From Nautiliales bacterium (GTDB taxonomy: Bacteria > Campylobacterota > Campylobacteria > Campylobacterales > JAADDX01), in the NCBI GenBank assembly GCA_030826765.1, contig JAUUDM010000033.1, positions 6,254-70,253 on the forward strand: a stretch of 64,000 nt of DNA, read 5' to 3'. Made by a program: the position numbers and the translations under genes. Below the pieces are notes generated by a model. It was not told the origin of the DNA and made no database searches. It worked only from the letters and a program-made list of their open reading frames with translations. Below are positions 36,794 through 47,341 of the stretch, in pieces; the first letter of the stretch is position 1; every line of letters begins with the position of its first letter.

Positions 36794-39279
36794 ATTTCTA
36801 CTTTTGGTTCAGCTATATAATACCCTTGAACACCATCAATATTAAGTTTTTCAACAATATTAAGGACTTCTTTATTATGCACAAATTCTGCTATTGTTTT
36901 ACATCCAATCTCTTTTGCAAAATTATGTATATTTTTTGTAATAATTAACGATTTTTCACCTTCATGAATATTTTTAATCAAACTTCCATCTATTTTAATA
37001 AAATCTGGATTAATCTTTGTTAAATAAATAAAATTACTATATCCACTTCCAAAATCATCAATAGCTATTTTTGCACCATAACTTCTAACTATTTTGATAA
37101 ATTCTTCAATTTTTTCAAAATCCTCAATAGCCTCACTTTCAAGTAATTCTATAATAATTCTATTATACATTTTATATTCATCAATCATATCACAAAGATA
37201 TTCAATTGTCTCATCATTAATAATATCTTCAAATGAAAAATTGAGTGAAAAACTATATTTTTTATTTTTAAAATATTCAAAAGATTTTTTTATCATAATT
37301 TTAGTCAAATCTTGATAATATCTCGTATGCTTTACAGTGTCTAAGAAGAAAAAAGGTGAAAGTAACTTACCATTTTCTTTATCTTTTATTCTTATTAAAC
37401 ATTCATAAGAATCACCATCTTTTTTAAAAATTTTTTGAAAAACAGGAACAACTCTATCTTCTTTAATTGCATTTTTAACCATTTCAATAGTTTCTAATTC
37501 TTTTGATATAGTTTCTTCAAGTTTTAAATCTTCACTATAAATTATAAAATCTTTTTTATATTTTTTTGCATAATTAAGAGCTAAATCAGCCCTTATTTTA
37601 TAAAGTTCTGGTTTCGTCTTAGGTACCATTGCTATTCTAACAGGTAAATCAATAGATATATTTTTATCTCCAATCTTAAAAGATATTGGATTATTTTTAA
37701 AATATGTAAATATTTCACTAGATACTTTTAAACATAATCCAGTATCATTAATTAAATTTAATGTCATAAATTGATCAGCTGCAACTCTATAAACACTACA
37801 ATTATATTTTTGTGTGATTTTTAATAACTCTTTTGAAAAATATTTTAAAATTAAATCTCCTATTTGTTCACCATAGACATCATTTATAGATGAAAATTTT
37901 TTAATATCTATAAGTAAAGATCCTATTGGATTTTTTTGTAAAATATCCCTTTGTAATGCATTTTTATTTTGTAAATCCGTTAGGTCATCATGATAATATA
38001 GATATCCAAGTTCTAAATTTTTAGCTTTTATTCTTGCTGTTTTACGTTTAATTGTTTGTTCTAATTCTTCATTTAAATCAATCAATTCTTTACTTGTTAC
38101 ATTTATTAAATGACTTAAAACATTTAAAGTCAATAATTCTTCATTTTTTATACTCAATGTATTATTTTTAGGCACTATTTTTTTATTTTTATTTTCACTT
38201 AAAAATAAAATAGTCATAGTTTGATTGAATAAATAATTTTTACTCATTTGATAAAATTCTCCATAAGTAAAAAATCCACTAACTGGTGCAATTTCTTTAA
38301 AAGGAGCAATTTCATATTTTACATTTTCACCTAAAAATCTTTTTCTTGCAGTACAAGAATAAATAAAAATAGATTCTACATTATCTATATCATTTAATAA
38401 ATCATTGTTTTTTTTCAAAATATATTCAAAATTACCAAATCCAAATTGAATCTTATCACCTTCTTCTATATTTCCGGCTAAAACTAAACTTCCATCACTA
38501 TTTTTCTTTACAATAGCTCTTCCTATATTCATTCCATTTCTATTTATTAAAATAGGAAATTTTAAACACTCTTTAAGTATATCTTTTGTGATTTCTTCCC
38601 CTAAATAATATTTATAAATATCAATAGTTTTTTTACCATCTATTTCATAAAGTACATTTTTATTGGCTTTTGTAACTGTCATAAATTTACCAATACCTTG
38701 CCAATTAAAACTATATTTATTATGAGCAATTAATTCTTCACTATTTAAACTTGCTCCAACACAGCCATTTGTTACTATTCTTTCTTCATTAAATACTAAT
38801 GTTTTTGTAAATTTTCCATTGTCTCCAGCCATTCCTCCAGCTATTAGAACATCTGTTTGTGATTCTATACCTGTTATAAAGTCTTCTCCATTTATATTTA
38901 ATCCATCAGTAAATAAAATCATACATTTACTATTTTGTTCTTTTAATAAAATAGCTAACTCTTCACCCATATCAAAATCACTCATATCATCTTTTTCTAA
39001 AATTGCTGTTTTTATAGTTGTTTTTTCAAAAATTGTAAAATCAATAATAATTTCTTTTGTTGCAATATCTCCATCTATAATTTCTCCATCTGTTGTACAA
39101 CCTATTATTTTTACATTCTTAATATTTTCTTTTATAAGATTTATTATATTCCTTATTATTTTTTCATCTATAAGTCCTGAAAAAATTTGAACTAATATAT
39201 TTTTATTAGTAGGAATGTTATTTTTTATAAAAATTTTTAACTCTTTTTCTGAAATAAATTTTACATTCAAACTTTTCAT
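36790..39279 (-). CDS. FIST (NosP-like) - degenerate GGDEF - EAL c-di-GMP phosphodiesterase
   Basis: FIST_N (GCTTDGEI, AGGMAGD), FIST_C (YSCTAR, GFFTYGE), GGDEF site reads AADQF, EAL motifs ECLIR, DDFGSGYS, KIDGS, AEFV, QGY. Start placed at ATG 39279. Confidence 0.9.
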   Translation of the reverse strand: MKSLNVKFISEKELKIFIKNNIPTNKNILVQIFSGLIDEKIIRNIINLIKENIKNVKIIGCTTDGEIIDGDIATKEIIIDFTIFEKTTIKTAILEKDDMSDFDMGEELAILLKEQNSKCMILFTDGLNINGEDFITGIESQTDVLIAGGMAGDNGKFTKTLVFNEERIVTNGCVGASLNSEELIAHNKYSFNWQGIGKFMTVTKANKNVLYEIDGKKTIDIYKYYLGEEITKDILKECLKFPILINRNGMNIGRAIVKKNSDGSLVLAGNIEEGDKIQFGFGNFEYILKKNNDLLNDIDNVESIFIYSCTARKRFLGENVKYEIAPFKEIAPVSGFFTYGEFYQMSKNYLFNQTMTILFLSENKNKKIVPKNNTLSIKNEELLTLNVLSHLINVTSKELIDLNEELEQTIKRKTARIKAKNLELGYLYYHDDLTDLQNKNALQRDILQKNPIGSLLIDIKKFSSINDVYGEQIGDLILKYFSKELLKITQKYNCSVYRVAADQFMTLNLINDTGLCLKVSSEIFTYFKNNPISFKIGDKNISIDLPVRIAMVPKTKPELYKIRADLALNYAKKYKKDFIIYSEDLKLEETISKELETIEMVKNAIKEDRVVPVFQKIFKKDGDSYECLIRIKDKENGKLLSPFFFLDTVKHTRYYQDLTKIMIKKSFEYFKNKKYSFSLNFSFEDIINDETIEYLCDMIDEYKMYNRIIIELLESEAIEDFEKIEEFIKIVRSYGAKIAIDDFGSGYSNFIYLTKINPDFIKIDGSLIKNIHEGEKSLIITKNIHNFAKEIGCKTIAEFVHNKEVLNIVEKLNIDGVQGYYIAEPKVEI

Positions 39280-39309
39280 ACTACACAACCTTTTGTTAAA
39301 ATTTCATCA

Positions 39310-39367
39310 ATTATAACAAATTTAAAATTCTTTTTTGCTATAATTTAGCAATTGTTTTGCTATAATT
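39310..39367. promoter_or_regulatory. Divergent promoter region with one minus and two tandem plus extended -10 elements
   Basis: Minus TGTTATAAT 39318-39310; plus TGCTATAAT 39336-39344 and 39358-39366; palindrome TTGCTA-N5-TAGCAA 39335-39351. Confidence 0.6.
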
Positions 39368-39388
39368 CAATAAAAAAGAAGGAATTGA

Positions 39389-40039
39389 ATGAAAAAAATA
39401 TTATTTTTATTAGTTTTTATTAATTTATTTGCATTTAATATAAATCAAATCAATACACAAATTTTGACTACAAATACAAAATATGCAACTATAAATAAAA
39501 ATATACAAAATGGTATAATTGGATATGTAATACATAATAATATGATAATAGCAAAAGCTCTATCTATAAGAAATCATAAGATTAAATATTTACCTTTTAC
39601 TTCACTTAAAAATGATGCCTTAGCCACACCTAAAATTATGCCTGTAAAAGGTGATAAAATTATTTTTGGACTATATAATAAAAGAGGCTTAATAATAGCA
39701 CCTAATCAAAATAGCTATATTCAAGTTCAAAACAATCATCCAAAAATAGAATGGATAAGTAGTGATCTATTTGCATCCTATTTTGAAGATAAACCAACAA
39801 AAGAAAATTTTCAAAATTTTTGTAATGATATGAAAGTTGGAATAATCGATTTTATTTTAGATAAAGAGTATATAGTGGATTGCGAGAGTATGGCTATTTT
39901 AGAAACAAATAAAATAAAATCTCCTACAAATTATAAAAAGCCTTTCTTTTGTAGTTATAATAAATTTGGTAGTAGTTTTTTATCATCAATTCCAGATAAT
40001 TGGATAAACTATTATAAATCACTTATAAAAGGGAAATAA
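39389..40039 (+). CDS. PgbA N-terminal (plasminogen-binding) domain exported protein
   Basis: Signal peptide, L.N.ALA.P...P.KGD, LIIAPN, VDC.S; immediately upstream of glcD, as recalled for Helicobacter. Confidence 0.75.
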   Translation: MKKILFLLVFINLFAFNINQINTQILTTNTKYATINKNIQNGIIGYVIHNNMIIAKALSIRNHKIKYLPFTSLKNDALATPKIMPVKGDKIIFGLYNKRGLIIAPNQNSYIQVQNNHPKIEWISSDLFASYFEDKPTKENFQNFCNDMKVGIIDFILDKEYIVDCESMAILETNKIKSPTNYKKPFFCSYNKFGSSFLSSIPDNWINYYKSLIKGK

Positions 40040-41421
40040 TGGACAATAAACACATAGAATTTTTAAAAAAAATTGTTGGTGATGAAAATGTTTATTCAGA
40101 TAAGGCTCATCTAAGAGCTTACTCTTATGATGCTACAAAAAAAAGATTTAAACCTGAACTTGTAGTATTTCCAAAAAATGAGGAAGATGTAAGTAAAATT
40201 TTAAAATATTGTGATAAAAATAGAATTTTAATAACACCAAGAGGTGCTGGAAGTGGATTTACTGGTGGAAGTTTACCAGTAAATGGAGGTATTATTTTAG
40301 CACTTGAAAAACATATGAATAAAATAATAGAAATTGATGAAGCTAATATGGTAGCTGTTGTTCAACCTGGTGTAATAAACAGAGATTTACAAAATGCCGT
40401 AGAGCAAAAAGGTCTTTTTTATCCACCAGATCCTGCAAGTATGGATTATACGACACTAGGTGGAAATGTAAGTGAAAATGCAGGTGGTATGAGAGCTGCT
40501 AAATACGGAATTACAAAAGATTATGTAATGGCTATGAGAGCTGTTTTACCAAATGGAGATATAGTAAGAGCCGGTAAAAAAACTATTAAAGATGTAGCAG
40601 GTTATAATTTAGCTGGAATCTTAATAGCAAGTGAAGGAACATTAGCTGTTATTACAGAAATCACATTAAAACTAATACCAAAGCCAAGATTTAAAAAAAG
40701 TTATATAGCTTCATTTCCTAATGTCGAAAATGCTATGAATGCTGTTTTTAAATCCCTTGCAAATGGTGCAAATCCTGTAGCTATGGAATTTTTAGATCAA
40801 CTTGTAATTAAAGCACTTAGACAAAAATTAAATGCCGATTTACCAGAAAATGCTGGTGCAATTTTAATTGGTGATATTGACGGAAATGTTCAAGAAGATA
40901 TTTTGTTTCAAGAAGGTATTTTGGAAAAATCTTTCAAAGAAAACGGATGTTTTGATTTTAAAATTTCAACTAATGAAAAAGAGAGTAATGAAATTTGGTA
41001 TGCAAGAAGAAATGCTTCTCCTGCTACTACTATCTATGGAAGCTTAAAATTAAATGAAGATATTTCAGTACCAAGAAGTAAACTCCCAGTTGCACTTAAT
41101 GAAATATATAAAATTGGTGAAAAATATGGATTTAAAATTCCTTGTTTTGGTCACGCAGGAGATGGGAATATTCATGTAAATGTAATGGTAAAAGATAAAA
41201 ACAATTCTGAAGAAGTAGAAAAAGGTCATCAAGCAATCAAAGAAATTTTTCAACTTGTTATAGATTTAGGTGGGACTTTGAGTGGAGAGCATGGAATAGG
41301 AATAAGCAAAGCTGAATTTATGAATATAGCATTTAATGAAGCAGAATTAAATCTATTTAAAAAAATCAAACAAACATTTGATCCAAATGGAATACTAAAT
41401 CCAGGTAAAATGGGTATATAA
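40039..41421 (+). CDS. glcD: FAD-linked 2-hydroxyacid oxidase subunit (GlcD family)
   Basis: PRGAGSG, YPPDPAS, ENAGG, SEGTL, GHAGDGNIH, GEHGIG, LNPGK. Confidence 0.92.
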   Translation: MDNKHIEFLKKIVGDENVYSDKAHLRAYSYDATKKRFKPELVVFPKNEEDVSKILKYCDKNRILITPRGAGSGFTGGSLPVNGGIILALEKHMNKIIEIDEANMVAVVQPGVINRDLQNAVEQKGLFYPPDPASMDYTTLGGNVSENAGGMRAAKYGITKDYVMAMRAVLPNGDIVRAGKKTIKDVAGYNLAGILIASEGTLAVITEITLKLIPKPRFKKSYIASFPNVENAMNAVFKSLANGANPVAMEFLDQLVIKALRQKLNADLPENAGAILIGDIDGNVQEDILFQEGILEKSFKENGCFDFKISTNEKESNEIWYARRNASPATTIYGSLKLNEDISVPRSKLPVALNEIYKIGEKYGFKIPCFGHAGDGNIHVNVMVKDKNNSEEVEKGHQAIKEIFQLVIDLGGTLSGEHGIGISKAEFMNIAFNEAELNLFKKIKQTFDPNGILNPGKMGI

Positions 41422-41430
41422 GGAGAAAAA

Positions 41431-43419
41431 ATGAATTTAAGAAATTTCACAATTAAGCAAAAACTATTTGGAATACTAAGTATCGTGATATTATTACTTG
41501 TTATGAATACAATAAACACTATTATACAAACAACAAGTGCTAATAATCGTTTAGAACAATTAAAAGCCCTAAGCATTATTTCCGCTAAAATATCACTTCT
41601 TTTACATGAAACACAAAAAGAAAGAGGTGCAAGTGCTGGATTTATAGGTAGTCATGGGAAAAAATTTGCTACAATCTTACCTAAACAAAGATTATTAACA
41701 GATAAAAGACTAAAAGAGTTAAAAATAACTTTAAAAACCATAGATTTAAATCTATTTAATAATACTTTAAAAGACAAAATTCAAGATGCTTTAAATAGTC
41801 TCTCAAAATTAAATAGCATAAGAAAAAAAGTATCTAATTTATCTATCTCTTTAAAAGATGAAGTAACATATTACACAAAAACAAATGCCAAACTATTAAA
41901 AATAGTTGAAACAGCTACAAATTTAGCCCAAAGTGCAAAACTTACAAAAGCATTAAATAGTTATACAAACTTTTTAAAATCAAAAGAGAGAGCAGGAATT
42001 GAAAGAGCGGTATTATCAGGGACATTTGGAGCTAATAAATGGAAAGAAGGATTTTATGCAAAATTCATCACTCTTTTAGCTGAACAAAATTCTTATTTAG
42101 ATGCATCTATGGCAACAGCAACTCCATATATTAAAAATTACTATAAAAAAACAATGCATTCAAAAGTTGTAAATGAAGTTAAAAGAATGGAAAATATAGC
42201 AAAAAATAATTTAAAGGGAAATTTTGGAGTTGATTCTGAATATTGGTTCAAAACAATTACAAAAAAAATAAATCTTCTTAAAAAAATAGATGACGAAATG
42301 AGTGCATATAATTTTAAATTATTAAAAGAAATTAATAACGAAATTATGAAAACTTTATATATAAATATTGGATTATTATTATTATTTATATTCTTTATAG
42401 TAATTCCTATCTTTATATTACAAAAAGAACTATCAACAGATTTAACAAAAATTAAAACTGATCTCGAAGAAATAGCAAAAAATTTACATTTAAGTAAAAA
42501 ACTTAAAGTAAATGGAAAAGATGAAATATCTGAAATGGCTCAACATATAAATGATTTTATAGATATAATTGCAAACATGATTCACAATATTAGAAATAAT
42601 GCATTAACTGTAAACGATATATCAAATCAAATATCTAAAGAATCTAATGAATTAACACAAGTTTTAAATTCACAAAAAAAAGCAATTGAAAATATTGGAG
42701 ATGCTACTAATTCTGTTCAAAATGACCTATCAAGCGCAGAAGAAAAAGTAATTGAAACTGCTGAAAAATTAAATGAAACTTATAATACACTAGATAAAAT
42801 GATGGATAACTTACATTCAGTAACTGAAAAAATAACTCAAAATTCAGACCAGGAACTTCAAATTGCTTCTTCTGTAACATCTTTATCAGAACAATCAAAA
42901 CAAGTAGGAGATGTTGTAGTTATTATTAAAGAAATAGCGGAACAAACAAACTTATTAGCATTAAATGCAGCTATTGAAGCAGCAAGAGCTGGAGAAGCAG
43001 GAAGAGGATTTGCCGTAGTAGCTGATGAAGTTAGAAAACTAGCCGAAAGAACTCAAAAAAGTATAATTGAAATTGAAAGTGTAATAAATATTATTATCCA
43101 AGCTGTAAATAATATCGAAAGAGAAATAATAGATATTAGTCAGGATGCTAATCATGTAGCTGAAATAACTCAAGATTTAGTTGCTCTTGCTGATGATACT
43201 AAACAACACACAATAGAAACTATACAGTTATCTAAAGAATCAAGTGCACAAACAACAAAAATTAATTTCACACTTAGAACTTTACTTGATTTATCTAAAG
43301 AAACAAATAAAAAAACAGAAAATTTAGAATATGTAGCAGTAAATCTATCTAAAATTTCTAATGAATCTAAAAATATTACTAACAAACTTGAAAAAGAAGT
43401 AGAAAAATTTGAAATATGA
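41431..43419 (+). CDS. Methyl-accepting chemotaxis protein with NIT (nitrate/nitrite) sensor domain
   Basis: NIT motifs HETQKERG and [11 protein letters not shown]...T.KI; TM-HAMP; [21 protein letters not shown]. Confidence 0.93.
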   Translation: MNLRNFTIKQKLFGILSIVILLLVMNTINTIIQTTSANNRLEQLKALSIISAKISLLLHETQKERGASAGFIGSHGKKFATILPKQRLLTDKRLKELKITLKTIDLNLFNNTLKDKIQDALNSLSKLNSIRKKVSNLSISLKDEVTYYTKTNAKLLKIVETATNLAQSAKLTKALNSYTNFLKSKERAGIERAVLSGTFGANKWKEGFYAKFITLLAEQNSYLDASMATATPYIKNYYKKTMHSKVVNEVKRMENIAKNNLKGNFGVDSEYWFKTITKKINLLKKIDDEMSAYNFKLLKEINNEIMKTLYINIGLLLLFIFFIVIPIFILQKELSTDLTKIKTDLEEIAKNLHLSKKLKVNGKDEISEMAQHINDFIDIIANMIHNIRNNALTVNDISNQISKESNELTQVLNSQKKAIENIGDATNSVQNDLSSAEEKVIETAEKLNETYNTLDKMMDNLHSVTEKITQNSDQELQIASSVTSLSEQSKQVGDVVVIIKEIAEQTNLLALNAAIEAARAGEAGRGFAVVADEVRKLAERTQKSIIEIESVINIIIQAVNNIEREIIDISQDANHVAEITQDLVALADDTKQHTIETIQLSKESSAQTTKINFTLRTLLDLSKETNKKTENLEYVAVNLSKISNESKNITNKLEKEVEKFEI

Positions 43420-44138
43420 TATTTTCTACTTTCAATGTAAATAGTATAAAAAAAAGAAAAGATTTAGTCCAAAACTGGGCTAAATCTAATAATATTGATT
43501 TTTTAGCTTTGCAAGAGCTAAAAACATTAAATCCTCCTTTATTAGATAATTATGAATGTTTTTATTCTTCTGCTAAACAATTTAATGGTGTTATGAATTG
43601 TTCTATTTTTGAATTTGAAAAAAACACTATTTTAGAACCAGCCCGAGCAATTTATACAAAAACAAATGATATAAATATAATAAATATTTATGCACCTCTT
43701 GGAGATTTATATTCAGAAAAATTTGAATATAAAATAAAATTTTATAAAAATCTAATTAATTTTATCAGTAAATTTGATTTGAAAAATGAAAAGTTTATTT
43801 TGATGGGTGATTTCAATATTATTCATAAAGAAATAGATGTTTTTGATGCTAAAAAATTCGAGGGACATGTTACATTTTTACCTGAAGAAAGAGAAATTTT
43901 TAATCAATTATTAAGTTTAGGTCTATATGACAGTTTTAGAGAACTTTATCCAAACAAACAACAATTTTCATTTTATGATTATCGTGATAAATATTTCAAA
44001 AGAGGTTTGAGACTTGATTATATATTAGTTACAAAGCCTATTTTAGATAAAATAAATGATGTTTATATAGATTTAGAGCCAAGAACTCTCCCTACTCCAT
44101 CAGACCATACACCAGTTGTTATGGAGCTAAATTGCTAA
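43416..44138 (+). CDS. xth: Exodeoxyribonuclease III / AP endonuclease
   Basis: FNVNS, LQELK, GDFN, DSFR, RLDY, SDH.P. Confidence 0.93.
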   Translation: MIFSTFNVNSIKKRKDLVQNWAKSNNIDFLALQELKTLNPPLLDNYECFYSSAKQFNGVMNCSIFEFEKNTILEPARAIYTKTNDINIINIYAPLGDLYSEKFEYKIKFYKNLINFISKFDLKNEKFILMGDFNIIHKEIDVFDAKKFEGHVTFLPEEREIFNQLLSLGLYDSFRELYPNKQQFSFYDYRDKYFKRGLRLDYILVTKPILDKINDVYIDLEPRTLPTPSDHTPVVMELNC

Positions 44139-45901
44139 ATAAACTCAAATCTTTACCAGATTTACCAGGAGTTTATCAATATTTTGATAAAAGCAATAAA
44201 CTATTATACATAGGAAAAGCAAAAAATTTAAAAAATAGAATAAAAAGTTATTGGAGATTTACTCCTACCCTACATCCAAATCCAAATTTATCTCCAAGAA
44301 TTTTTAAAATGATAAGTGAAGCTGTAGATTTAAGATATATTGTAGTAGAAAATGAAAATGATGCTCTTATTTTAGAAAATTCACTTATAAAACAACTTAA
44401 ACCAAAATATAATATTTTACTAAGAGATGATAAAACTTATCCTTATATTTATATAGATCTAAATGAAAAATTTCCAAGATTTGAAATAACAAGAAAAGTA
44501 ATAAAAGGAAATGTTAAATATTATGGCCCTTTTAGCTCAGGGGCAAGAGAATTGCTTGAAACAATTTATGAAGAAATACCTCTTAAACAATCAAAATCGT
44601 GTAAAAAACTTTGCTTATTTTATCAACTTAAAAAATGCTCAGGCCCTTGTGAAGGTAAAATTACACAAAAAGAGTATCAAACTTTAATAAAAAAAGCCCA
44701 AGATTTAATTTTAGATAAAGAAAAAACTATACAGCTATTAGAAAACAAAATGCATAAATTTGCCGAAAATTTACAATTTGAAGAAGCAAAAATTTATAGA
44801 GATAGAATAAAAGCAATCTCATCAACTGAGCTTTTTAGTAATGTTGATATGGCAAAACTTGATGACTTAGATGTTTTTTATGTTCATTTATTTGATAAAA
44901 AAGCTATTGTTATTAGACTATTTATAAGAAATGGTAAAGTAATATCAAGTAATAATTCAATAATTAATTCTGAATTTTTAGATAAAGATGAAATTTATAA
45001 AAGAGTAATTTTAGATTTTTACTCAAAAGAGACTCCTTTTATCTCTCAAAAAATAATGGTCGCCCAAAATTTTAAAGATAAAGAATCGATCAAAAACTTA
45101 TTGAGTGAAAAATTTAATAAAAAAATATCAATTATTACTCCAACAACCAAAGAAAGAAAAAAACTTATCGATATTTGTAAATTAAATGCAAATGAAATAA
45201 TTAAAAATCAAAAACCTACTGATATTTATCAAAAAATAAAAGAATATTTTAAACTATCAAATACTCCTTACACAATAGAAGTTTTTGATACTTCCCATAT
45301 GCAACAAGAGGCAACAGTAGGTAGTAAAATTGTATGGAGTAATGATAAATTTAAAAAAGATGAATATCGTCATTATAATTTAGAAAGTAAAGATGAATAT
45401 TCTCAAATGAGAGAACTACTAACAAAAAGAGCTGAAAGTTTTGACAAACTTTCTCCTCCTGATTTATGGTTAATTGATGGTGGAATGCACCAAATAAAAA
45501 TAGCTAAAGAAATAATTAATTCAACTGGAATAGATATCGATATTTTAGGAATAGCAAAAGAAAAAATAGATAAAAAAGCACATAGAGCAAAAGGAAGTGC
45601 AAACGATAAAATATACTCTTTCGATGAAGTTTATAGCTTAAATACTCACTCCCCTATTTTACAATTTTTACAAAAACTTAGAGATGAAGCACATAGATTT
45701 GCCATAACTTTTCATAGAAAACAAAAAATAAAACAAGATAAACAGATTGAACTTTTAAAAATAAAAGGAATAGGAAAAGCTAAAATAGTAAAATTACTTA
45801 ATTATTTTGGAAGTTTTGAAAATATAAAAAATGCATCTTTGAAAGAATTAAGTAAAGTTATTGATAAAGAAAGTGCTAAAAAAATCAAAGAATATTTTTA
45901 A
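44132..45901 (+). CDS. uvrC: Excinuclease ABC subunit C
   Basis: GIY-YIG (GVY...YIGKAKNL..R), Cys cluster, FD.SH, DGG, RDEAHRFAI, HhH; TTG start. Confidence 0.97.
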   Translation: MLNKLKSLPDLPGVYQYFDKSNKLLYIGKAKNLKNRIKSYWRFTPTLHPNPNLSPRIFKMISEAVDLRYIVVENENDALILENSLIKQLKPKYNILLRDDKTYPYIYIDLNEKFPRFEITRKVIKGNVKYYGPFSSGARELLETIYEEIPLKQSKSCKKLCLFYQLKKCSGPCEGKITQKEYQTLIKKAQDLILDKEKTIQLLENKMHKFAENLQFEEAKIYRDRIKAISSTELFSNVDMAKLDDLDVFYVHLFDKKAIVIRLFIRNGKVISSNNSIINSEFLDKDEIYKRVILDFYSKETPFISQKIMVAQNFKDKESIKNLLSEKFNKKISIITPTTKERKKLIDICKLNANEIIKNQKPTDIYQKIKEYFKLSNTPYTIEVFDTSHMQQEATVGSKIVWSNDKFKKDEYRHYNLESKDEYSQMRELLTKRAESFDKLSPPDLWLIDGGMHQIKIAKEIINSTGIDIDILGIAKEKIDKKAHRAKGSANDKIYSFDEVYSLNTHSPILQFLQKLRDEAHRFAITFHRKQKIKQDKQIELLKIKGIGKAKIVKLLNYFGSFENIKNASLKELSKVIDKESAKKIKEYF

Positions 45902-47315
45902 TCTCTTTTTTCAAACTATTTATATTTTTGTGATCAATATAAACTATATCTTTTCTATTAGCTATATTTTCTGAAAAAAGAAGAAAATCAATATCCAACT
46001 TTTTCAATATAAATATAATTTTTTCAATACTTTGTATATTACTTTTATCTACTTCTGAAATAGCTATATCTATCTTTGAATCATTCTCTTTGATATACAA
46101 AACAAAATCTTTTAAAGAACTAATAATTTTTACATTTGCATCATGGTCTAAATTTTCAATCAACATAGATAATTCTCTTGCTCTATTTAAGTTTCTATCA
46201 TAAATTATTATACTTTTACTAAATAGAGTAAGCTCATTCATTATTTCTAATAATTGTTGATTCTTGTCATTCATCTTATCAACATTTAAAGTTTTAAGAT
46301 AATATTTCATAAATGTTTTAGTGCTATAACTACCCTCTATTTTTGCTTCTTCGAAAAATTTATGGATATCTTTTGATTTTTTAGCATTTTCCCATAAAAG
46401 AGCATCAAACTGATAACCCAGTATATTCATCTCTTTTTCTAAGATTTTCTTTAATATTCTACTCTCTTTTTCAAAAAAGTTTTTAAACAACTCTTTATAC
46501 ACTTTTTCAAATTCTGTAATATCATTTACAATTAGGGAATTTTCTTCTTTGAGATTTTGTGCAGTATCAATTAAATCAACATATTTTCTTTTTTTAGATT
46601 TTATCATTTCTAAAACTTCTTTATACTCTTTACTTTTTTGATTAAGTTTCTTAATATCATCTTTTAATTTTTGAATCTCTAATTCTAATAAATTAGCTTT
46701 TTTTATAGACTCTACGGAAAGCTCTTTATTAGCTTCAAATCTTTTTTTTATTACACTGTAATTTTTTTGTTTGTTTAAAACAAACTTCTCTAAATTAACA
46801 TAAACAGGACTTTTAATAATTCTTAATAAATCATCATAAAAATATTCTATATCATATAGTGAGTCACGAACTTCAACTAAATATTTATCATCAATTTTCT
46901 GGTCAATTTCTAAAAGATTATTATAAGCAGTTTTTATAAATCTTTTTACTTTTTTATATGGGATTGATTTGTTTTTTTCTAAAATATCTTTATATTTTAA
47001 TGCTATTTTTTTATATTTTCCAAACAAATCTTCCAAACATTGCTCAATTGCAACACTGCCTTTTATTTTTAAGTCGGGCAAAGGAATAGAGTCAAACTCT
47101 TTTTTTAGTTCATTTAATAGAGATTTGGAAGAATTGACAGATGTAATATCTATAAGTTTATTATTTTCTATTCCACACTCTACTTCCATAGAAACTTGTG
47201 GAGTATTATCATAATCAATCCAATTATCAATAGAAAAAATATGAACACCCCTATTTTTTATGATAATTTTTCCAACTCCTTTTACAGGATCATAACTAAC
47301 AATTTTTCCTTTCAT
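45885..47315 (-). CDS. Hypothetical protein: cold-shock/OB-like N-terminus, coiled coil, receiver-like C-terminus
   Basis: 476 aa ORF; MKGKIVSYD...GVGKI; long heptad-rich centre; IIIYD...IDIAISE...FLLFS. Confidence 0.7.
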   Translation of the reverse strand: MKGKIVSYDPVKGVGKIIIKNRGVHIFSIDNWIDYDNTPQVSMEVECGIENNKLIDITSVNSSKSLLNELKKEFDSIPLPDLKIKGSVAIEQCLEDLFGKYKKIALKYKDILEKNKSIPYKKVKRFIKTAYNNLLEIDQKIDDKYLVEVRDSLYDIEYFYDDLLRIIKSPVYVNLEKFVLNKQKNYSVIKKRFEANKELSVESIKKANLLELEIQKLKDDIKKLNQKSKEYKEVLEMIKSKKRKYVDLIDTAQNLKEENSLIVNDITEFEKVYKELFKNFFEKESRILKKILEKEMNILGYQFDALLWENAKKSKDIHKFFEEAKIEGSYSTKTFMKYYLKTLNVDKMNDKNQQLLEIMNELTLFSKSIIIYDRNLNRARELSMLIENLDHDANVKIISSLKDFVLYIKENDSKIDIAISEVDKSNIQSIEKIIFILKKLDIDFLLFSENIANRKDIVYIDHKNINSLKKEIKNIL

Positions 47316-47341
47316 ATTTTTACTTAAAAGAGAATCAAACC

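Noticed and set aside
39296-39310. Fnr/NssR-type box upstream of the FIST gene
   Set aside because: Only one half-site (ATCAA) is present; there is no TTGAT-N4-ATCAA or TTAAC-N4-GTTAA match.
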